From assembly GCA_963706795.1 (NCBI GenBank), contig OY970170.1:30001-62000 (forward strand): 32,000 bases of DNA. Reading direction: 5' to 3'. Position numbers and translations under genes: made by a program. The notes under the pieces were generated by a model. That model did no database searches. It was not told the origin of the DNA and was given only the letters and a program-made list of their open reading frames with translations. Every line of letters begins with the position of its first letter. The stretch's first letter is position 1. Source of the stretch: Candidatus Saccharimonadota bacterium. Lineage in GTDB: Bacteria > Patescibacteriota > Gracilibacteria > BD1-5 > UBA2023. This document shows positions 10,318-20,692 of the stretch, in pieces.

Positions 10318-11286
10318 TTATCTCTTATAGATTACATGAATATTATATCTGCTTTGGATCTCTTCTAACTCGCAACGTTGCGCATATGAAGAATTCGGCT
10401 CGTATCACGAATTACGAATATTAAGAAAGCGAATACCTGATTTACCTGCAAGTTCAACGAGTGTTAAAAGCTGAGCAAAACTGTATGCACGAAATAGGAT
10501 ATCATTAAGAATCTTCAAAGTTCGCACGCCTGATGCACCCGCAACTTTCACAATATCGAGAAGGTCATCAAAACTCAGAACATGGCCGATATTACTGTCT
10601 CGAAATTCAATAGCACGAATCTCCATACCTCAGGCAATTTTCATAATCTCTATAAAATCCTCTTTACTCAGTATTCAAACTACAGATCATACTTCAAAAA
10701 TGAGAGTACGACTCCCCTGACTCTGACAGTGAGAAACAAAACCAAAAATACTGTCTCGAGAAGAAGGTCAAAAACCGTGAGACTTGTGAAATCTCTTCTC
10801 ATTTAACAGATCACTCGTGGCCGTATAAATAATCGCGTCTAATCCAAGCTCAGATATGAGTTTGATTTTAAATTTTGCTCATATTTCAGATCCGTGAGAC
10901 AAATTCATGCATTCGAAATAGTCATAGAATGCCCTTTTGAGCGGCTCAGAATATGGCTCATTGAACACATCATTTTCAAGTACTTGCAGCATTTCGCTGT
11001 CTGTAAGTAGGAGTCATGTAGGATACGTGTACCATTCGTACAATGGGGGCGCTCTACGGACTTCCAAGGCGTAATTTTGTATACAAAGATACAGATTTGA
11101 TTCGAGCTCTTTTGTCTTGTAATAGCTCCTATCAAGCTCTATTTGAGACTCGTCGGGGAGCATATCTAAAATCCGAGTCACAGCCTCATGAATTTCTGGC
11201 TGCGTGATAAAAGAACTATCTGGGATGATGGACGCATTTAAAATCGGGGCGAAATTTTGATTAATCATAGGAATATGATTGTTCAT
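10318..11286 (-). CDS. array member 14: short N-module/LRR family protein (322 aa, only about 3 repeat units)
   Basis: MNNHIPMINQNF...VTRILDMLPDE...AFYDYFE...KFKIKLISELGLDAIIY...IMKIA[TGA]GMEIRAIEF...VKVAGASGVRTLKI...VELAGKSGIRFLNI. Track fragments 11014..11286 and 10405..10626 are joined by TGA-only gaps that I translated. Stop is TAA 10318-10320. Confidence 0.85.
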
Positions 11287-12874
11287 ACTGCTCGAGTTCG
11301 ATCATGATATGATCTGTGGGGGCGAATATAATGCTTCAATTTTCATAGGTATCGTAGACAACGAGTTCGACTATGAGATTATTTGCCTGCGCAATTGCAC
11401 GCATTTCTTGCTTAGTGTCTTCAGAAAAAATGACCTCACCGTAGGTTCCTACATAGAGCTTTTTTATTCAGGTAGAGGCCATATGAGTCATAAGTGGCAC
11501 TCCGTACTCATCCGAGAAATCTAAGCCTGGTGTTTCATGATTAAAATATAAGTTTTTAATACCTGATTCTCAAGCAACTTTGATCATATCCACGACATCC
11601 GCGATTGAATAATCGCAGGATTTCCAATTGCTAAATGCAAAATCGCGGATTCCCGACTCCCCTGCAAGTTTTGTGATTTTTATAATCGATTTGAAATCCA
11701 AAGTCTGTTCAAGGTCACTGAGCTTAAGATATACTTTTTTTATACCGGATTGCCCCGCCGTTGAAATTAAATGCATAAAATCATCGATGGTTGCACCTTC
11801 GTACATATCCAAATCTGAAAAGTAGATAGCCCGTATACCTGATTTTCCTGCTATTTTTGCAATCTCAGTCCAATAGTGGATATCTGGCTTCACCAAGGTA
11901 TTAAAAGAAATATTCGAAAAACGAATGTCGCCAAACCCCGCTTGTCCAGCCGTACGAACGATCTCCATAAGCGACTTCGGATCTTGATTTTTCTGAGTTT
12001 CTCGAAAATCAGCCTGTATATCAAGAAACTCCATCGTGATATTTAGACGATCGAATTCCCGCAGAAATCTACAGGCGTCTTTGGGATCAAACTTCAATAA
12101 GAAATCCCAAGTTGGAAGCTTGAACACGGTGATGCCTTCTGCATTTGCTGCATGCAAAAGCTCCAGAGCTCCATCACAAGAATCTTGCCCTCTGTAATCG
12201 AGATCTAAATACTCGAGCTTAACTGATCCTTTGGCCGCAAGGTGGATATGTTTGTTAAAATCCTCGAGTGTCAATCCGCTGGCTGATGGCTCAGTGTAAT
12301 CAAGTCGTAAAGCAGTCGCCCCCGCTTGTCTCATTAACTGAATCTGAGAGATAAATTCTTTCTCATTCGAATATACAATATCCTTCGAATCCCAAAAAAG
12401 TCACTCATCTATTCTATAATTTGAGCCGATATCCCCAGTTTGTTCGTACACAAGATCACCAAGCCCGAGATCTTGCATAACTTTTCGCTTAAATTTTTCC
12501 CTAAATTGCGCATCAAGAGGCTCAATCGAGTCTATATGATTGTAGAAGACATTCTGTAGGTCTGCAAGATCAGCATCTCTGATAAATACTTCCTCGAGTA
12601 TTCTGAGCACTTCTTTCCTTGGCAGCTGAAGTCGTTTTGCGTAGTCCTCAAAATTATAGGTGGACTGAGTTGCAAGGTATGCGCTGGCAAGCTTTCGAAT
12701 ATTATCTGCCAATCGATGCTGCACATTAAGTTGAGTATCCAACTCTTTAATTCAGTCATCAGGAATGAGACTGAGGATTTGAGAGACATTTTCACCTATG
12801 CTTGACTGCTCGACAAAAGACCCATCTGGAAGAATGGGGGTGCCTGATGCGAAAGCGATATTCTGATTATTCAT
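11261..12874 (-). CDS. array member 13: N-module/LRR family protein (537 aa)
   Basis: ATG 12872-12874 gives MNNQNIAFASGTPILPDGSFVEQSSIGENVSQILSLIPDD[TGA]IKELD... Track fragments 12401..12742 and 11570..12334 are followed by a translated 100-codon tail (...VA[TGA]ESGIKNLYF...AST[TGA]IKKLYV...) ending at TAA 11261-11263. Confidence 0.85.
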
Positions 12875-14423
12875 AAACATGATACGATCAAGCTCTACCA
12901 TCGAGAATGAGTCTTATGTTATTTGTTTGAGCAAAGGCACACATTTTTTGCTCAACATGTGTAGCAAAGTTCACAAGACGGAGGTCGTTTACTTCTAGAT
13001 TTTTCATGCCGGTATCTGCCATAATAGCAAGTAGTAGCATCCCATCGTCATCAGAGAACCCAATACCGCACTTATGCATATGAAGCTCTAAACTTTTTAT
13101 ACCTGAAATTCAGGCAGTACGTATCATTTCTGTAATATCTGAAGCAATCCATTCACGAGCTCAGCTGTCATGATCATAATCTCCATGAAGGCTGAGACAA
13201 AAATCAAGAATTCCTGAATCTCCTGCACATTTGAGCAATATCTCAGCAGTTTTGGTATCCAAAATATCCTCAAGTCCGCTCAGTCTAAAATTAAATCTTT
13301 TAATGCCCGAGTGACCTGCGACTGAAATTAAGCACATGGCATCCCGTATATCTGTAGTTTCATATATCTCAGTTTTCCCCATGGTAATACTCTTGATACC
13401 GGAATCACCCGATACCTTGGTAATTTTTGCCCAATAATCGATATTCGATTGAATAGACCCTCAGAAGAAAATGCCAGAAAAATCAATATCACCCACCCCA
13501 GCATTCCCCGCCATTTTTACAATCTTCATAAGCAACTTTGGATCTCTATATATTTCAGAATCACTATCACTCAGATCAAGATTGCCACCCGTCCTATTGA
13601 GATTTTCAAGTTCCTTAAAGAAATTCTGAATATCTTTTTGCTCAGAATCAAGCAAGAAAGACTCAGTTGGGAGCATAAGTAGGGTAATATTTGCCTCTCT
13701 TGCGACATGAAGTAACTCTATTGCCTGGGCACAATGAAGCCCTGGATACGCGATATCCACATAATGAAGTGGCACTATTCATTGCGAAGCGATCTGAATA
13801 TGTTCTTGGAGTTCCTGGGTAGTTAGCTGACTTATACCAGTATAATTAAGGGTTAATGAGGTGATTCAGGTTGTTCTCGCAGACCGAATCTTTGAGCAAA
13901 ATTGCGCGACATCCTTGCAGCATATTTCCTGATGTTTATCCCAAATATCTACTAGATAGCTTGACGATATATCTCCAGTCCGTTGGTAGACAAGATTGTC
14001 CAGATTCAAATCCTGTACGACTTTTAGTTTAAATCGTTCTCTAAAATTTGGGTCAAGATTTTGAATCGAATCGACATACTCATAAAAAGCTTTTCACAGA
14101 TCCGTGAGAACGTTATTTTGTCGAAATATCTCTTCCTCAAGAATCCTGAGTACTTCTTTGCTCGGCAATTGAAGACGCAGAGCATAGTCTCGAAAATTAT
14201 ATGCAGATTGTGTACCTAGATATTCTTGTGCAGCTTCACAGAGATGATCTGCGGATTGATTCACGAGAGTGAGCTGCGTGCCAAGGTCTTCGATTCACTG
14301 CTCAGGAATAAGGCTTAAAATCTGAGAGACATTTGTTCCAATATCAATTTGCTCGCCAAAAGACCCATCAGGAAGGATGGGTGATTGATCAGTGGGAGCT
14401 AGATGATTAAGAGATAGTGACAT
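12867..14423 (-). CDS. array member 12: N-module/LRR family protein (518 aa)
   Basis: ATG 14421-14423 gives MSLSLNHLAPTDQSPILPDGSFGEQ...SQILSLIPEQ[TGA]IEDL...YNFRDYALRLQLPSKEVLRILEEEIF... This N-terminal part is invisible in the track because TGA chops it. Fragments 13461..13775, 13161..13382 and 12888..13079 are in the same frame. RTA[TGA]ISGIKSLEL is present. Stop is TAA 12867-12869. Confidence 0.85.
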
Positions 14424-15954
14424 AGTCATCGTATTCACGGGCTCTAAAGCCCAATTTAAAATTATGAAGTCTCGCCATATCTGTAAGTTGTTGCATGGAT
14501 TCTTCGGAAAGCTTCTCTCCTCGATATATACCTCCTAAATGCAAAATACGAATACCCGAAGCCACAGCCACAGTGATAATCCTCATAAATATCTCCTCAA
14601 CAGGATTTTTGGATTCTAGGATTTCCGTGGAGTTAAATAGACTATTATTATTAAGATTCAGGACGCGAATTCCAGCCTGACCCAAAGCTGTAATGAGACT
14701 TAAATAGCTATCTAAACCACCTTGCGGAACGCGATAGCTAAAATAAATATCTAGGATTCTCACTCCTAAATTGCCCGCAAGCTTGATTGCATGTATAAAT
14801 TCTTCAACTTCTGTGCTACTCTCCAAATTGATCCGTCAAGTATGCATCCCTTTAATTCCATGTGCACCTGCAGTGGAGATTACTTGTGTAATTCTTTGTA
14901 TTGCAAGATGAGACAGATCTCATGATAGATCTCATCAGAAATCTAAATTCTTTATTCCGGATATTCCTGCCGCTCTCATGAGCCTAGTACAGTCGTTAAC
15001 GCTCAACAAAGATGCATCTAGCATCAATTTAAGCTCTCTTATTCATATTGATCCAGCAATACGCACTACCTCTATAAGAAAATTAATATCTTTAAGTGAT
15101 GGATTTAGTTCATCCGAAAGTTCTAGGCGATCTACAATTATATCCAATTGAACTCATTTTTTTAAAATACGCTGCACATTCTCAAGGTCTCAATCCAAAA
15201 GAATTGCACTTTCGATCCTGAGCTGAACACCAAACTCCCGAGCAGTCTCGTATAACTCTTCAATTTCAAGAGAGGACAATCAATTAAAATCAATAAATAT
15301 CTGCTCAAGCTCACGCCTCTCTACAACAAGCCTGATATGATCTTTCAGGTCTCAAAGCGTCAAGTTCTTGGGTCTGCCATATACTTCATAACTGAATACT
15401 ACCTCCGTAACATCTCTGGGTAGCTCACGAATAAAACCTGCAAATAAGTCAGCTTTATCGTCATCATAAATCAATGAAGCCTGTTTTGCTTCTTTCTTTT
15501 CTATCTCAGGAAACTCATACACGAGATTCGTAAGTCAAAAGTCTTCAATTACCTTTAGCTTCAGCTTCGTGTCATATCACAAATTCGCATTCGAAATACT
15601 ATTTATATAGTCATAGAAGGCTTGTCCTAGAAGATTTATAACACCATTTTTTTGTAAGATTTCTTTTTCAAGAATACTCAGAACTTCTTCGGTTGGCATA
15701 AGTAGCCGCCTGGCATAGTCTCTAAAATTATATTTAGATTGGACTTGGAGATATGTTTCAACAGCTGTACGTAGATTGTTCGCTGACTGATTGAGACTAT
15801 GGAGTTGCAAATCCAGTTCTTGGCGTTGCTCATCAGGAATGAGATTTAAGATCTGAGCAACATGTTCACTGATGCCTGATTGCTCGCCAAAAGACCCATC
15901 AGGGAGGATGGGTGATTGATCAGTGGGGGCGAGATGATTAAGAGATGATGACAT
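14407..15954 (-). CDS. array member 11: N-module/LRR family protein (515 aa)
   Basis: ATG 15952-15954 gives MSSSLNHLAPTDQSPILPDGSFGEQSGISEHVAQILNLIPDEQ... I translated 14827-15576 in frame and found 11 TGA and no TAA or TAG. KVIEDF[TGA 15535-15537]LTNLVYE is present. Track fragments: 15577..15960 and 14407..14826. Stop is TAA 14407-14409. Confidence 0.87.
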
Positions 15955-17473
15955 AGCCACAGTAAGCGTTAGCCATAAAGCCTAATGTAAAATTATGCAG
16001 TCTCGCTGTGACTGTGAGTTTTTGCATGGATTCTTCGGAAAATATCTCACCTTTATATGAGCCGCCTAAATACAAAACATTGATTCCGGCACCAGCAGCT
16101 ACCGAAATTATCCTCATAAGTACTTCCTCGATTAGATTGCCAGACTCTAGGATTTCCTTTTCGTTAAAAAAGTCACCATCTCCAAAATGCAGGACGCGAA
16201 TTCCAGCTCGACCGAAATTCTCTATAAGGCTCAAAAGATTATTGAATCCGTATGGTAAGTCGAGATGGCTAAAATCAATTTGTAAAACTCTCACTCCCAA
16301 ATCACTCGACATATTCATACATTCTTGAAGCTCTTCAAACTTCGCTTGAGTTTTGAGATTAATGAGTCAAGTATGCATATGCTTAATTCCACATGCACCC
16401 GCGTGAGAGATAATTTGCATAATCTCTTTTACGTCGAGCATATCTAATGGTGTGACGGCAAAATTTATACTCTTTATCCCATACATTCCTGCCACTGTAA
16501 TGAGTTTGAGATACTGCTCGACCCTGAGTAGCTCATACGCCCTAAAACTCAGCTTGCTAATTCATATTAAACCAGCAATGTGAGTCATCTCAACGAGGCG
16601 ATCAAAATCCTTAAGAGCAGGATTCACCTGATCAGAAAGCTCTAAAGAATTTGCAGTTATGCCTGATTGAACACATTTTCTCAAAGCATTACTTATATCA
16701 TTAGGGCTTCAATCTAGTAGCATTGCGCTATCGATCGTCAATTTGAGCCCAAATTGACGCGCTGTTGCTGATAATTCTTCAGCATCGCTTGGGGTCAATC
16801 AGTCAATGGTAATCGATATTTCCTCTAGTATCCTTGTCTGTGCAGCGAGCTTAATGTGATCCTTGAGATCTTGGAGCTGTAGATGCTGAGTAATATCTCT
16901 ACTGTAATGAAATAGTATTTTTTTTATATCAGCTAGTGTCTCGAGTATGTCGCTCTGAATATGATAATCTTCGTCATATTTATACATTATTAATTGCGCC
17001 TTCACTGGCTCTTTCTTGTTGGTATCAAGACGCTCATAGACTAAATTAGCAAGGCCAAAGTCTTTGATTACTTTTAGTTTCAGTTTTTCAGTATCAGCAA
17101 AATCCGTATCTGAAAGATTATGTGTATAGCTGTAAAATGCTTCTCATAGGAAGTTTCTCACGCCGTTCTTTTGCAAAATTTCTTCCTCAAGAATTCTAAG
17201 AACTTCTTGACCTGGTAGCCGGAGACGTTTAGTATAATCCTCAAAATCATATCCTGATTGTACCTGGAGATATGTTTCAACAGCATCACGAAGTCGCTTC
17301 GCGGATTGATCCAAAATATTTAACTGCACATTCAGCGACTTACGATCCTCATCAGGAATAAGACTCAAAATCTGTGAAACATTATCCCTGATACCAGACT
17401 GCCCACTAAAAATACCCTCAAAATTGATGAGCGATTCGTCTGTATGGTGGATCGAGTTATTAGGAGCAGTCAT
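15938..17473 (-). CDS. array member 10: N-module/LRR family protein (511 aa)
   Basis: MTAPNNSIHHTDESLINFEGIFSGQSGIRDNVSQILSLIPDED... Track fragments 17144..17473, 16799..17005 and 15938..16318 are in one frame, and the gaps I translated contain TGA only. VIKDFGLANLVYE is present. Stop is TAA 15938-15940. Confidence 0.87.
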
Positions 17474-17481
17474 GTGAATAT

Positions 17482-19008
17482 TTATGTTCGAATGGTAGCT
17501 ATCATGTTGTAATCCTTCATGATTTCATTGAGCTTTTTCTTATATGCCTCCGAGAATTTAGCGCCATGGAAGCGACCAATTTCTAAATTTTTCATCCCGT
17601 GCGAAGCTGCTGTAACAAGAATTTCTATGTGTTCGTCTTCAGTATATACGTTGGAATACTTATGCTGAACATGGTCACCCGAATAAAAATGAGTATTGAT
17701 ATGCAGCGCTTTAATTCCACAATCTCCAGCTGTTTTGAGGATATCTATAATTTCTGCCATAAGCACCGCGCGATCTATCTTAAAAGAAATCTTTAGATCC
17801 AAAATTCACGAATCACCTGCAGCTTTTATAAGCTCTTCGATATCTCGGATATCTCATATGTAGCGCAAGCTGAGTCTCTTAATACCGACAGCACCTGTAA
17901 TCTGAATAAACCTTATAAGATCATCGAGGGTGTCTTCGTGCAAATCTGTCTCTCATAAATCTAAACTTTTAAACCCAGTAGAACCTGCACAATTTACAAT
18001 TTCAATCCAGTCACTCATATCAGCTCATTCAAATGACAATGACATTGCAGAGAGATTGAGATCACGAAATCAGGCCAATCCAGCAGTCCGAACTATCTGC
18101 ATAACCTCATCCTTATCTTGAAACCAATTAGCATTCGAATCATCAAGATTGAGATAACCATTACTCAGTCCAAGACGACCAAATTCTCTTAAAAAGTTTC
18201 ATGCTTCAGGAGGATCGACTTCTAATAAAAAGAGTTCGGTTGAAAATTCGAGTGCAAGTATATCGAGGCTATGTGCCATATACAAAATCTCCAAGGCATC
18301 AGCACAACTCAATCACTCATGAGATATTTTTAAATACAGGAGCTTACCTGGACCCTCTGCCGCAGCTCGCATATGCTCTTTGATATATTCGATACTCATT
18401 CAGGTATCTTGAGCGAGACGCTGAGAATAACTAAGTTCTACTGCGTTAATTCAAGTTTGCCGTATACGTCGTATATTCGATAAAAAAGTCTCCAAATTAC
18501 CTTGGCCCAACTCAGGAAAATGCACTGGTGTAAAAACTGGACTCACTTCCACGGTCGTGAGATATTCGTACACCAAACGATCAAGGCCAAAATCCTTGAT
18601 GACCTTAGCCTTAAATCTTTGCTCAAGAAGCTTATCAGTGCGATCTAACAAGCTCACATAGTCATAAAAAGCCTCTCCCAGAGTGGTCTTCTCGCCATTT
18701 TTTATAAAGTATTCCTCCTCAAGGATTTTGAGAATGCGCGCATCCGAAAATCGCAGTCGTTCGCCATAATCTTTAAAATTATAGTCAGATGGTTTCTGGA
18801 GATATTCATGAACTACTGCACTTAATTGATCCGCAGATCTTTGGAGTGCATTCATTTGAGCGCTAATTCTTGATCGTTGTTCATCAGAAATCAGCCCTAA
18901 AATCTGTGACACATTGCCTCCAATCTCCGACTTTCCACCAAAAGAATCACCCAAAATGGATGTATCCTCTCTCAGAATATCTTGTGGTCGCGGAGATAGT
19001 GCTGCCAT
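17482..19008 (-). CDS. array member 9: N-module/LRR family protein (508 aa)
   Basis: MAALSPRPQDILREDTSILGDSFGGKSEIGGNVSQILGLISDEQ...VIKDFGLDRLVYE. Track fragments 18451..19008 and 17482..17802 are joined by a translated 650-nt stretch with 9 TGA and no TAA or TAG. Stop is TAA 17482-17484. Confidence 0.87.
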
Positions 19009-19102
19009 GCAGGCTTTCGTGATGATATCTTTGCGATTTTACCCTTCTTTGTAATTGCTCACAAATTATGGAGCTATTTTGTCTTATTTAAGACATCTCT
19101 CG

Positions 19103-20692
19103 TTACCAAACATGATAAAATCCGCGATCGTATGATCCATATGTCAATTTCATCTGGTGCTTTGTATAAACCCGATCAATATAAATAGAATGATGAGGAT
19201 CATCTTTTGGTAAAAAGAGATTTTTAATGCCCGAGGCAGCAACATAAGAAAACAATCTTAGATAAGCATCTGCCGTAAATTTCTCGGGATTTTTGCTTAT
19301 AAACAAACCATTATTTCAAAAATGAAATACCTTGATCCCCGAGCTTCCAGCTGTTTGTAGAATTCCATTAAATTCTGTAAGATCACCTGAAACCGGAAGA
19401 GTTGCATATCCATTGGATGAGAGATCGAAATCGCGTATTCCTACATCCCCAGCAGCTTGTACAATAGTCTCCAAATCTTTAAAACTCGTCATAGCAGCAA
19501 GATCATTGTCACTCAAGCCGAGTTTTTTGATCCCTGCGAGACCTGCTGTCCGTACGAGCAATTGAATATCCTGCACACTTGAATCGAGGCTTAACCCTAT
19601 ATCAGAGAGATTAAGACTTTTTATTCCGGCAAGCCCTGCTACTTTGACGCATTCAATCCAAAAATCTATGCCAATATGAGGAAATTGCATTCACAAATCA
19701 ACGCTCGAAAAATTAATCTCTCGAATGCCTGCAGCCCCTGCCAGTGAGACAATCCTAAGAATAGACTCTGGAGTTACAGTATATGGGTCATTTCAGGTAT
19801 TTGATAAATCAAGATACGTGGTTTTGAGTGTGCTCGTCGCATTAAGACGACCTATTTCCTTTAAATATTCGAACATCTCTTCATAGCGCCATGCTCGCAG
19901 TAGGCCATGCTCTAAGATTCAAAGATTCGTCATTTTTAACTCAGTGGCAGTACGTAGAAGTTCAATAACCTCATAACTTTCGAGTTGCCCCTCATGAACT
20001 ATCTGAAGATATTTGAGCCCTGGAACATTCTGTGCAGCGGTTTTTATATGTGCTTTTATACTCCCTAACTGTCTCTCAAGCACAATATCAGATTGATCCC
20101 CATACTGGAAAATCAAAGTATTTCTCCTGTATTCACCTGCCTCCACTATCTGTGCATGGAAGTCCTGATATGGATGATAGTCTCTCGACTTATTATAATG
20201 GAGTTGCTCTTTTTTGGATGACTCATCATTGAGATATCCCTCGCTTGCTCGCTCATGCACCAAGTTATCTAGCCCAAACTCCTTGACGACCTTAATTTTA
20301 AACTTTGTCTCATCTACCTGACTCAGTCCTGTCATGGTTTTAATATACGCGGCAAATGCTGCTCACAAAGGAGTTTGTGTATCATTTTTTTGAAATACCT
20401 CCCGTTCAAGAGTCTCAAGGATCTGAGTATCTGCAAGCAAAAGACGCTCCGAGTAATCTTGGAAAGTATAATTGGATTGTTCACGATTAAACTCCTCAAT
20501 TGACCTTAAAAGTCCATTCGCCACTTGCTGAACATGACCTAGATCCTGATCGAGTGATTGACGTTGCTCGCTTGGAATGAGATCAATGATATGAGCAACG
20601 TTTTTACCAATATCAGGACGCACCGCAAAAGAACTATTTGATGGAAGAATAGGAAGTGGCAATGCTGGGGGCGTTTGATTATTAAGAGACAT
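19103..20692 (-). CDS. array member 8: N-module/LRR family protein (529 aa)
   Basis: I chose ATG 20690-20692 (MSLNNQTPPALPLPILPSNSSF...) by alignment with the sibling N-termini. Fragments 20363.., 19919..20335, 19316..19690 and 19103..19306 are in one frame and I translated the gaps. The LRR units include VKVAGLAGIKSLNLSD, VRTAGLAGIKKLGLSDN, VQAAGDVGIRDFDLSSN and LQTAGSSGIKVFHF. The stop is a genuine TAA at 19103-19105. Confidence 0.87.

Noticed and set aside
19075-19095. Small hairpin gtctta-tt-taagac just downstream of the stop of member 8, as a possible terminator.
   Set aside because: The stem is only 6 bp and no U-run follows on the coding (minus) strand. It is not convincing as an intrinsic terminator.
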